Assembly (NCBI GenBank): GCA_950097015.1
Contig: CATNEN010000039.1
Span: 4,340,001-4,404,000, forward strand
DNA length: 64,000 nt
DNA from: Macrostomum hystrix
Lineage: Eukaryota; Animalia; Platyhelminthes
Direction of reading: 5' to 3'
Made by a program: the position numbers and the translations under genes. A model generated the notes under the pieces. That model made no database searches. It had not been told where the DNA came from and worked only from the letters and a program-made list of their open reading frames with translations. The first letter of the stretch is position 1. Each line of letters begins with the position of its first letter. Of this stretch, positions 51,208 through 62,153 are shown in pieces.

Positions 51208-51749
51208 CTGCGCCAAGCATAGAAGTACACAGTCCAGAGGCGCAGCCTAAAGTGGCACTGAGCTCTGAGATTCAATCGCAGCTCCTTGCGCTCGCTCCAG
51301 TAGACATCGTACCAAACGTCGAAGCAGCGACGCAGAAGTCGTCGCCTACAATGCGATCGCGCCGCCTGGAGCGAAACCCGACCGAATGCGCGCTGTCGCC
51401 ATAGAAACATGAATTTGCGAGCTAGACAACGAGTTCGCAGCTCTTTTAGTCGACCGCCGCGGCCCCAGGTGTAGGTCGGGTCGTACGGCTTCGGACGCTG
51501 GCCAACTGGGCGAGGAATTCTAGTAAGGAGGCCGGTCGCCGCCCGAGGCTGACCTCGTCGATTCTTCGACGCCGACGTAGAGTCGCCGAAGATTGTGGGC
51601 GAAGCGTCGCGCACGCCTAATTGGCGCTGCTTGGCCGCCAAGCGCTGCGCCGCCTGAGCCTCACGCAGCTGCGCATTCAAATCCTGCAGGGCCGCCGAGC
51701 GAGTACGCTGCTGCTGCTGCTGCTGCTGCTGACGCCCACCAGCTGACAT
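51208..51749 (-). CDS. SFI1: SFI1-like, exon 1
   Basis: MSAGGRQQQ..YTWGRGGRLKELRTRCLARKFMFLWRQRAFGRV resembles the conserved SFI1 N-terminal ELRIRCVARKFLYLW..FGRV motif; ag|gtgcgg donor. Confidence 0.85.
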
Positions 51750-51859
51750 AGCTGAAGTGGCATTTAATGCTAATTTAGTTGCGCGAGAACTGACGGACGT
51801 TGATCTAACAGAACAGGAAATTAGATTAGAATGCATTAGGGACAGAGGAGTAAGAATAG

Positions 51860-53515
51860 GGAGAAGAGAGGGGAGTGAGAAGGGAGGGGAGTGAGAAGGG
51901 AGGGGAGTGAGAAGGGAGGGGAGTGAGAAGAGAGGGGAGTGAGAAGAGAGGTGAGTGAGAAGAGAGGGGAGTGACAAGAGAGGGGAGTGAGAAGAGAGGT
52001 GAGTGAGAAGAGAGGTGAGTGAGAAGAGAGGGGAGTGAGAAGAGAGGGGAGTGAGAAGAGAGGGGAGTGAGAAGAGAGGTGAGTGAGAAGAGAGGGGAGT
52101 GAGAAGAGAGGTGAGTGAGAAGAGAGGGGAGTGAGAATAGAGGGGAGTGAGAAGGGAGGGGAGTGAGAAGGGAGGGGAGTGAGAATAGAGGTGAGTGAGA
52201 AGAGAGGGGAGTGAGAATAGAGGGGAGTGAGAAGAGAGGGGAGTGAGAAGGGAGGGGAGTGAGAATAGAGGGGAGTGAGAATAGAGGGGAGTGAGAAGGG
52301 AGGGGAGTGAGAATAGAGGGGAGTGAGAAGGGAGGGGAGTGAGAAGGGAGGGGAGTGAGAAGAGAGGGGAGTGAGAAGAGAGGGGAGTGAGAAGGGAGGG
52401 GAGTGAGAATAGAGGGGAGTGAGAAGAGAGGGGAGTGAGAAGGGAGGGGAGTGAGAAGGGAGGGGAGTGAGAAGAGAGGGGAGTGAGAAGAGAGGGGAGT
52501 GAGAAGAGAGGGGAGTGAGAAGAGAGGGGAGTGAGAAGAGAGGGGAGTGAGAAGAGAGGGGAGTGAGAAGAGAGGGGAGTGAGAAGAGAGGGGAGTGAGA
52601 AGAGAGGTGAGTGAGAAGAGAGGGGAGTGAGAAGAGAGGTGAGTGAGAATAGAGGGAGGTGAGAAGAGAGGGGAGTGAGAAGAGAGGTGAGTGAGAATAG
52701 AGGGAAGTGAGAAGAGAGGTGAGTGAGAATAGAGGGAAGTGAGAAGAGAGGGGAGTGAGAAGGGAGGGGAGTGAGAATAGAGGGGAGTGAGAAGAGAGGG
52801 GAGTGAGAAGAGAGGGGAGTGAGAATAGAGGGGAGTGAGAAGAGAGGTGAGTGAGAAGAGAGGGGAGTGAGAAGAGAGCGGAGTGAGAAGAGAGGTGAGT
52901 GAGAAGAGAGGGGAGTGAGAAGAGAGCGGAGTGAGAAGAGAGGTGAGTGAGAAGAGAGGGGAGTGAGAAGAGAGCGGAGTGAGAAGAGAGGTGAGTGAGA
53001 AGAGAGGGGAGTGAGAAGAGAGGGGAGTGAGAAGAGAGGTGAGTGAGAAGAGAGGGGAGTGAGAAGAGAGGTGAGTGAGAATAGAGGGAGGTGAGAAGAG
53101 AGGGGAGTGAGAAGAGAGGTGAGTGAGAATAGAGGGAAGTGAGAAGAGAGGGGAGTGAGAAGAGAGGTGAGTGAGAAGAGAGGGGAGTGAGAATAGAGGG
53201 GAGTGAGAAGAGTGGTGAGTGAGAAGAGAGGTGAGTGAGAAGAGAGGGGAGTGAGAAGAGAGGTGAGTGAGAAGAGAGGTGAGTGAGAAGAGAGGGGAGT
53301 GAGAAGAGAGCGGAGTGAGAAGAGAGGTGAGTGAGAAGAGAGGGGAGTGAGAAGAGAGGGGAGTGAGAAGAGAGGTGAGTGAGAAGAGAGGGGAGTGAGA
53401 AGAGAGGTGAGTGAGAATAGAGGGAGGTGAGAAGAGAGGGGAGTGAGAAGAGAGGTGAGTGAGAATAGAGGGAAGTGAGAAGAGAGGGGAGTGAGAAGAG
53501 AGCGGAGTGAGAAGA
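51860..53515. repeat. 16-bp purine-rich minisatellite (gtgagaagagagggga)
   Basis: About 100 copies between GTPBP10 and SFI1. Confidence 0.98.
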
Positions 53516-54113
53516 CAATGAGTGTCAAAACTAAACTTAAAAGCAAGGGACGAGAGTGAATTTTAGAGAAAGAAAAACTAAGTGGCAAGATGGCTGTATT
53601 GCTTGATTTTAGTAAATGCTTCAGTAGCAAATAAAAAACAACTCATAATCATCCAATTTTTTAGTTCTGTGTTTAACGGACTGCATTATTAATTTATAAG
53701 TACCTGCACGCATATTTCTTTGCAAACACGTTGAATGAAAATTGCAATAAATAGAAATGCATAATTTTCATTTTAACAAAATACGAGCTCTTATTTAAGG
53801 ATGGCTAATTTGGCTCCAGCAAGTGCTCAAACATGGCATAGCACTACAGCAGAACTCTTTGTTCCGGGGAAAATTCTGTCAAAGGTTTCGCAGCTAAAAA
53901 TAGCAACTAGGCAGTCAGGACGCCGCCTGATAAATCTGTGTGTTTCATTTTAGACTCCAGACCCTAAATTTTTACGAACACCAGCATTTTAAAGCTGAAA
54001 TTTTATTACTTGACTAAAGGTTAGAATTTTAACGAAAAATATTATTTTTCAAACTAGAAGTGGGTAAATTTACTAACTTTTCACAAGTTTGCTCAAATAT
54101 TCACAGGATGCAA

Positions 54114-54537
54114 TCAGATGAAAGATTCAACAGTCTCTTTATTAGCCTGTGCAATCTTGGTGTCCAGTCGGGCTCCGGCTAGTCTAAGACGTTCTTGCTG
54201 ACTTTCCTCGGCCCTCTTATCCAACCAGTAGCGCAGGCGGGCTTTCAAGTAATCAGTATTGATTCGCTCTTTAGCAGAGACGGTTATCACTTCGTCGAAT
54301 TTCACCAGCTCGGTGGGTCGGATTTCGATGGGAAAATCGGCTGCCAAAGACTCCGGCGTCAGACTGCTCAATCTCGCAGCGATGTCCTCGGCGCAGTCTC
54401 TGCCGCCCGGCTTGTCAATCTTGTTGAGCACAGCCAGGGCCGGCTTGCGCACTAGATCAGGATCATAGAGCTCGAGTTCGCGATTCAGCAACAGAATGGT
54501 CTCCAGGCCAGTGCGGTAGGGACAGGTCTGATTGAAC
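54114..54537 (-). CDS. GTPBP10: Obg-family GTPase GTPBP10, exon 3 (terminal)
   Basis: LETILLLNRELELY..KPALAVLNKID (G4)..VSAK (G5); gcttag acceptor. Confidence 0.92.
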
Positions 54538-54604
54538 CTAAGCATTTCCAGGTTCAGTTCAGCAAAGTTTAGCAAATTAATAACGGATAGCTAGCATGGG
54601 AATC

Positions 54605-54750
54605 GATTTGATGTGTGTGCATTAGTGTTAACTGCAAGGTCTGGAGTTCGATTCTCAGCCAAGAGAAAAAATGTGTCATTTGGGCAAGACGCCTAATGTA
54701 AAATAGCTATCAGCATCAGCTAGGTTGAGGGTGACTATGGCGAGCCCCGC
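54605..54750 (+). mobile_element. Degenerate tRNA-SINE (CORE-like)
   Basis: B box gagttcgattct followed by ttgggcaagacgcctaa and cagcatcagct, the latter shared with the 48660 copy. Confidence 0.5.
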
Positions 54751-55312
54751 AATAATAATAATACTAGTAATATAATATTTGCACAAGTGCTGTGGGCAGT
54801 GGCGCATCATTTGGTGACACTAGACCCGCAGCCAGCGAGGAGGCAATTCTGCCCATTTCGCTGACTCCTGAGCACACACGCACACAGATACCGTAAGCAG
54901 GCCCACAATCACGCAGGTGTGTACATCTGCCATTTGCCTTTTTCATCGTCAGGCAGTGTGCAATTTCACTGTCTCTTGAAGGTTGAAGGTTGAATTTAAC
55001 AGTAGAAAGACAGCGCTATCCCCCTGGGAAGAGAGCCCGAATGACCAACTTTCGTGAAATTCCGCCACCTGAATCAAAAGTTTCCGTCATTTATTCGATG
55101 AAAAAACTTTCAAAGCCGTCCGAGTCAGCACTTGTCACAGTCCCCAGTGACAAGGACAACTGAGATTGCTATAGTTAAAGGGCATAAATTGCACGACAAG
55201 CGCCCAAGCCTTCTCTCTGCGACTGCACCCCAAATTAATGTGGCCTCGCCGCTGAATGAAGCTCAGGGACCATGATGCGAGAGGCCAACGCGTTAGACCG
55301 CTCAGCCAGCGA
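54751..55312 (-). mobile_element. SINE family A copy interrupted by a ~190-bp insertion
   Basis: Reverse complement matches the head and body of the 24200 copy, with an (ATT)n tail; the insert at ~54993-55178 resembles 24605-24760. Confidence 0.75.
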
Positions 55313-55395
55313 ATAAACCGGAAAAAAGCAGCAGTGCCATTTATAAAGATTGATAATCAGACCAGAGAGTAGTCTATTGAAACAAATGTTCTCAC

Positions 55396-55970
55396 CTGAA
55401 TCCAAACACGTCCACAATAAACAACAGGTAGGTGGTCCGCTCAACATGCTTCAGAAAGTGATGACCAAGGCCAACATTTACGTGAGCGCCTTCAATAAGG
55501 CCGGGCAGATCGGCCAACGCCACGGTTCGCTTGTCTTCGTACACAGCTCGGCCAATGTTAGGCGACAGTGTGGTGAAGGGATAATTAGCCACCTTGGGCT
55601 TCAGCTTGGACAAGGCGCACATCAGGGAACTCTTGCCGGCATTGGGGAAGCCCACAAAGCCGTAGTCGGCTAGCAGGCGAAGGTCGATGCGCAATGATTG
55701 GGCGCAGCCAAGAGCGCCTAGAAACCGGTTGCTAGGCCGGCCGCCTTCGCCGCCAGGAGCCACAATCAGACGCTGACCGGCCTGGTCGATGCGACCAATT
55801 AATCGGCGATCGTCAGCGACAATGTCAACACCGACTGGCACTCTAATTAGGCGATCTTTGCCCGGTTCGCCGATTAGACAGCGGCGACTGCCGGCGTAGC
55901 CGTGGCCGGCTATTAAGCGCCTGTCTGGGTGTTGATTAGCCAGATGGCGCAGGTTGATCCTCGGGCAGCC
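55396..55970 (-). CDS. GTPBP10: GTPBP10, exon 2
   Basis: DLRLLADYGFVGFPNAGKSSL (G1), YPFTTL (G2), DLPGLIEGAH (G3), GLGHHFLKHVERT. Confidence 0.95.
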
Positions 55971-56099
55971 CTGCGACCAGTTGGAATGGGATTAGCGACA
56001 TTGCAGTGAGACATCGACATCTGATCGGTGACTTGGGGTTAACTATATTAAATGGTCAGACTAAATCGTCATGAAGCGATTCAGACACGAACTAGAGGG

Positions 56100-56370
56100 T
56101 GAGAAACAGAGTGAGATGTGGTAGATGATAGGAAGCGGTAAGGAGTTGAGAAGGGGTAGAGGGCAAGAGGGGTAGAGGATGAAAAGAGGTAAAAACAGGT
56201 GAGGAGGAGTAGATGGTGAGATGGTGAAAGGGTGAGAAGGAATAGCTAGAGTGTGAGAAGTGGTAGAGGGTGAGAAGGTGTAGAGGGTGGGAAAGGGTGG
56301 AGGGTGAGAAGGGGTAGCTAGAGGGTGAGAACAAGGTAGAGGGTAAAACGGATAAATGGTGAGAATGGTG
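56100..56370. repeat. Degenerate purine-rich minisatellite in GTPBP10 intron 1
   Basis: Recurring agagggtgagaag/ggtagaggg units. Confidence 0.6.
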
Positions 56371-56439
56371 GAGGCGTTACAAAAGGCTCTTGAACAGTCT
56401 CTCACGGCAGCAAGTTTGAGGCCAATAAGACAAACAAAC

Positions 56440-56556
56440 CTCGAAGATGACGGATCCGCCAGCTCCGCCGATGCTTCGGGTACCCGGATTGCCGGGTCCG
56501 CCATTGCCCGACTTGACAAACACTCGGAGTGAATCTAAAAACTGCCGCTTAACCAT
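56440..56556 (-). CDS. GTPBP10: GTPBP10, exon 1
   Basis: MVKRQFLDSLRVFVKSGNGGPG..GGAGGSVIFE is the Obg N-terminal Gly-rich motif; gag|gtttgt donor; an alternative in-frame ATG lies at 56649. Confidence 0.85.
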
Positions 56557-57299
56557 GACTGACGAGGCCTTACTGGCATTGACGCTGCAATTGTTGAGCA
56601 ATATAGGATTCAATATCGCTATTGTCAATCTAAATGATAATTTGGACATTCAAAATGATAATGTCTGTGGTCTCATGCTATCGGATGGGTCCGCCGCGCG
56701 CAGCTCAGCTATTCGGCAATAGAGTTAATGACATTCAAAATGAGAAAGCGGCAATCAAAACGAGAATTAGGAAGGCAAAACAATCTAACGATCAAACAGT
56801 AGAGTGGACGACCCCAAAATCTGCAGAGATGGCCATGCAGACGGTGATGTTAGGCCCCCTTTGAGTGGTTACGATTCGCCTCACTGACTGTCCCTTGATT
56901 GAGCGGCCTTGGGAGCGCCTAAGCCAAAATTTTAATCCCGTCTAATCAAGGTAGACTTTGTGAACTGCAGGATCCAGATGCAGCATAAAATCTGCGTACT
57001 CTCTCTGGGCCTGCATGTATTCATCGGTGTTAGTTGCCAAGCGTACATTTGTTCCCTTGGTCGCCAGCTTCACTGTATACATCATTCCGTGCATCCTATC
57101 CACAGCTTTGCAGCTGACCTGGGGCTTTTGAGGAACTCTTCATGTAGCAGTCGGCGCAGGTCACTTGAGGTGGAAACGGGTTTTGCTTCAGCTTGTTCTG
57201 AAGGCAGGCCTTCATCTCCTCGTCCACTTTGCATTTGCTCTCCTTTTTACCACATCTTGGTAACGCCTGAACCCTTCCTTCCTGCGAATATGCTCGCAT

Positions 57300-58359
57300 A
57301 ATTCTATACTCAGTTGCAATCGGCACTTGCAGGATGGCTGCTGCGGCGTGGAAGAAGTGAGCTGAGAGATCTATTATTCGAGCGGCAGATTACGATTGGC
57401 GTGGCAGACGGAGACGATTGTCTGGAATTCAAGGACAATCGCATTTCAAAGACGAACCAAGGTGGCCTGAAGAGTCTGCGCGCGGAGCCAAAGGCCGTTC
57501 GCGCCTTTCATTCAGCTGATCATCAGAGATGTGTTGTCTGCATGTACAAGGAGTACATAAGTTATCGTCCACATGGCCGCGCAAGTGCTCTGTTTCTATT
57601 AGTGAATCGGAACTGAAAGCCGGATTCCCGATCTGATTGGTACAAAGGTACAAGGTCCGATCGGACGTCATTCTCTAGCAAATACAGTCAAGGAACTCCT
57701 GGGGCACGTAGCACCACATGACACTTCGCGCTACACTATCCAGAGCTTGCGTAAGACATGCGCGACCCGCCTACATGAGGCGGGGGTGGAGCGCGCTGAC
57801 ATATGTTGAGTTACAGGCCACAGCAGCGCAGCCGTTGAGCGTTACATCGGAGTTTCTGTGAAGCAAGAAAGGCTTACTACAAACGTCATCAGTTCGGCCA
57901 GACCAGCTTTGCCTGCCAAGTCTGTCCCAATTCACGTACATGTAGCTTCTCCGACTGACCCTCCGTGTGTTGAGCAGCCATCTGGTAAAAAAATGCGCTT
58001 CGACATTTGCGGTGAGACGATCAAGATTCGCATTCTGTTTGACTGATGACATTTTTCGACTACACATTGCACTAAATAATGTTGACGTGCATCCTTCTGC
58101 TGTAGATTGGACATCTACTGTACACTGTCTCGTTTCCTTTTGCTTAATAAACATTCTAATTATCTGGCCTGGCCAGATAAATTCTGCAACGTTTTTAATT
58201 GGTCAAGCCATTCATTTTGCCCGGCCAGATAAGTATATAATCTCTCCCGTTTATTCATTTATCTGTGGCCGTCAGAATGACTGAGAACTTGTTTCTCGGC
58301 TGAGGCGCAGCCGAGGCCAGAGAAACGAGTTTGAAGTTGTTCTGGCCATAGACAAATGA
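57300..58359 (+). mobile_element. Crypton (DUF3504-type tyrosine recombinase) remnant with 3' hairpin
   Basis: RGRSELR, SKTNQGGL, RCVVCMYKEYI, then YTIQSLRKTCATRLHEAGV..IC*VTGHSSAAVERY with stops and frameshifts; ~105-bp hairpin at 58255-58359. Confidence 0.8.
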
Positions 58360-60623
58360 TAGAAAAGTGTGTCATTGTGTACAGACAGTAGTGGTGTTCC
58401 AGGTCCAGAAATTTTTGGACCTCAGGTTTCAGTTAATCACTACTGAATTGAAAGACGCAAAATTGGGTCAGGTAATTTTGGATCTCAGATATTAAAAACT
58501 TTATTTTACTGCTAAAATTTACTTGAAAATGAAAAATTAAAGCACATGATGAAATATATGAAATGCATATTAAAGTATGAAAATTTGCGATACAGTTTAC
58601 ATAATTATCTTTAAATAAAGAAAACTTTTATAATTTTTTTCATTACTTTAATTAAAAATTTGGTTCACAAAACCTGACCAATTTATGCAATATGCATTTT
58701 TTTTGTACTGGAATTGGAAGACAATTTCAAATTGTCTAATTTTGAATCCCTATATCTAGGGCCTACCCCACTTTCTGAAATTTCTTCTTATGCCTGTCAA
58801 GTACTGCCTACATCAACTCTTCTCTAGTAATCTGCTACCCAATTTTTTTAGAGAAAGATAAATCAGGTTTTGGGTAAGGTACCAAGAACACCCCTAACAG
58901 ACAAGAAACAATTATCTAGCACCTCCAACTATAGATCAGAAAGGCAAAGGATGTTAAATTCTGAAGCTCAGTGTGACATGACAAAACACTGCTTCAAGCT
59001 TTAGGTCATTGCAGTGCAGGGCATGAGGTGGTCAAAAGATGACCTGACTTCACCAATAGAGCTTCACCATAAAAGTTTAGCTATAAGCAGTGGTAAGAAA
59101 GCTATAGGAATTCTCTTTTCTTGGGGTCTGCACTTAAGCACTGGATATCTAAATTGAAGTCACCTCAGGTCTGCTTAACAATAATGATGTTATTGAAGAT
59201 CTTCAGTCTGCTTCAGCAAATGTCAGCTGTCTTAAACTAGCTTTTCATCTCCAATAGGCCCTAACCATGGTTTGACCAAAGGCATCAAGGCCTACACCAA
59301 GCCTGCATCTAAAACAGATCCAATACTCAATCAATCAAGTACATATAGGCTGCTTTGTGCTTAAGAGTAGCAATGCCCTTGAATATTGTACATGCAAAGA
59401 GCTGCTGACTAGCTCTAAGCCTTCAGGTTTGCATTTTAAGAACTGCACTTGCATGCAATGCAATCAGTAGATGGATCCAACCATCAGTTGCAGGCTTGTA
59501 GCTTGCAACATTTTCAAAAATGGAAGCTTTCTTTGTGGCACACTTTAAGACTTAAATTTTAAATCCAAAACTGGCTATGCAAATTATCAAAAAGCCTTTT
59601 TTCTGAAAAAATGTCACATTGCAAAATATTAGTTCACACTTTGATTAAAGCATATTACAGTAATTTCATGGCATTTGTTCACTTAATGTTGCACCAAAAG
59701 ATGTGGAGCCTCCAAGTTGCTGACTTCAAACAATGTACAACTCAAAACACCTAACACATAAGCAAAAACATACACTAATTTTTATCTGATCTTCTAGAAT
59801 AAAATCAATCATTGAAGCATTTTGTGATATTTACATTTGCTTACTTAAAAATTGCTGACTTGAATTTGTTACTTAATGTTTCTGCAGAAGGGATGAAAAA
59901 CCCTAAGCCATAACATAAGGCCTTACTCTTTTGATTTTTTGTTTTGTGTAGGCCTCTAAATTTAGAATTGAAAAGTAGAATAATAGAAAAAAATAGCTCC
60001 GGTGAAGTCTCAGCACCTAAATATAAGAATTTAAGTAGCCCTGTTAAAAAAGTAGCAAAACCCATAGGGGCTCACCAAGACATTACCATAGTTTCAAGAC
60101 TAATTTAATTATCAATTCTGCTTTTAATTCTGCTACTACAAAAAGAGTAGTTTAATACATTTGTGAGCGACATATATAATTATTGTGACTAGTAACTGTG
60201 GCGCATGGCATAGGCCTTTGCAACCAGGACAATTAGTTGGCCTAGCATAGGCGCCTAAATATATACAAGCATATTTTTAGCAAAAAAAATTCTGGCCGAA
60301 GAGGTTAGTGTTAACTAGGAAAAATGACAAACAACTTTATGGTCTAGGTGATCCCTTTGTTTTAATTTAGAGCAATCGATTAACTATATGGTAAATTAAG
60401 TTAGTCAAATTTTGTGTGTGGCCATTACTAGATAAATTTATTTACTTTGTAAAGTTATTCATGTTAAACAACACTTCTTATTTGTTTTACTTATTTAAAG
60501 TTATAAATTTTCACTCGTAAAAATCGATAAAATCTGTGAAAAGGGTGCACCCTATTTATTCGTATTTGTATTTAATAGTGTACAAATAAGCGCTTTAGTA
60601 CGAGTAGCTAGCGAAATCACGCA

Positions 60624-60671
60624 CGTGCTTGCACAGATACTAAATACCTATTTAGTATCTGTGCGTGCTTG
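60624..60671. mobile_element. 32-bp TIR-TIR palindrome with 8-bp TSD (P-element-type excision footprint or minimal element)
   Basis: cgtgcttg-CACAGATACTAAATA-CC-TATTTAGTATCTGTG-cgtgcttg. Confidence 0.8.
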
Positions 60672-60895
60672 TAAGCACGCGCGTGGTATAGACTATTACG
60701 GATTTCTTTCTAAAGCACAAGACAAATTATGGATGTGATTAATTATTTATTACGCATAGGCCGAGCTGACGAATACAACGTTTGCTTATTGGCTTTTAGT
60801 TTTAAATAGGTCCACTTTTATATCTTTAACTTCAACTTTATCTTTTTACTTTAAATTAAGTGGACAAAGTTACAAAGTTATACTATAGTATCTAG

Positions 60896-62100
60896 TTAAG
60901 GACCAATAGCTACCATTTTCAACTTTCGAAGCTGGTGGTACAAATAGTCGGCAGAAAGAAGAAAAATCGGAAGCAGCCTTAGAACAAATGGTTTACGCCG
61001 AACAATGGTTTCAACATTATTGCGAGCACTGTTCGAGCAGTTTTGTTTTGCTTGTCTGACGCTTAGCCGAGCAGATGTTGGCACCGATAGCGAATCGATG
61101 GCGGGACATACATTTCATCAAAAATCAACACACAAGACTTCTGCTGTGGTTTCAGTTTGGCAAATGTGACCATTACGATCTCGTGTGCATCATTTTCAGT
61201 GCCAACCTCTCCTAGACCAGCCAACTGAGTGCGCAATGTGCGTTGGTGGGGCAAAGGAAGGAGCGTCTGTGCATGCGCGTATGCAGAACTACTATTCAGG
61301 TAAAGCAAAGCAGATTGGCGCATGGTGGCAATGTCATATCGTCGATTGTTTGGGTGCTTTGTGGCGAACTCGAGTAGTTTCAGGATAAATGTAACCGATG
61401 TGTCAGGTACAACTCCATCGTGGTTAAAGGCAATAGAAACGTTCTTAGATAATGCCCTCACCTCACTTTCGACGTCCACTGTAGAGTTTTTACAACGATT
61501 TATGATAGCTTCAAGTTGCGACCAATACTTTAATGTTGGTTGAAATCCAAGCAGATCTCGAACCGCAACTGGTGAGTGTAACCGAAAGCATCGTACGGAA
61601 TAGTTTGGTGAAACGAAAACTCGCAGAACCATATCGGCATTGGCACTTAACGAGAAGATAAACAGCTCTTGAACAATGGTAACAACAAGCTGATGTGATT
61701 TGATGACGTCTAAACAGTGAATGGATGCTCGGAATTCAGTCCACAATGGCTGCAGCGTGTCACGCTCTTGAAATTCTACTAATTCATCTTGGAAAAGGCA
61801 TCGTTCGGACAACAGCACGCCTCTTCCCTCAGCCTGTCGACTGGCACGCACTGCAATATCCAAGCACGCATCTTAGTGTTTCGTTTCGACCCTATTTGAT
61901 GGAGTGCAAATACGCTTGAATATTTTAATTAAAGCAGTAGAACTTCACAAACCTTGTGTTTGAACGAGGCAAGACTGCGGGACTCCGTGGAAAACTGATG
62001 GTGGATGTAGCGGCCTTTCATTTCTTCCCTTTTTTATCATTGGTGCATCTTGAGGCCAGTGCTTAGCACACACGCCCATGTAGTCTGTCACGGTTCTAAC
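60896..62100 (-). pseudogene. THAP/P-element (THAP9-like) transposase remnant, truncated
   Basis: C-terminal half of a THAP finger VCAKHWP..PPSVF; RRY..LLYLNSSSAY..LPLPHQRTLR; CVLIFDEM (first catalytic Asp); KPFVLRLLPI; stops and frameshifts. Confidence 0.8.
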
Positions 62101-62153
62101 ACGGTCTGTCACGTCACAGATGTCAGAAAACAGTTTCGTAACAGCTCCAGTAC

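Noticed and set aside
51750-53630. N-terminal ~630 aa of the 843-aa ORF in frame with SFI1 exon 1
   Set aside because: Read-through of a stop-free 16-bp repeat; the real start is most likely ATG 51749, just after an acceptor.
58390-58895. Possible TIR pair ggtgttccaggtcc / ggtaccaagaacacc
   Set aside because: Match too weak and no TSD identified.
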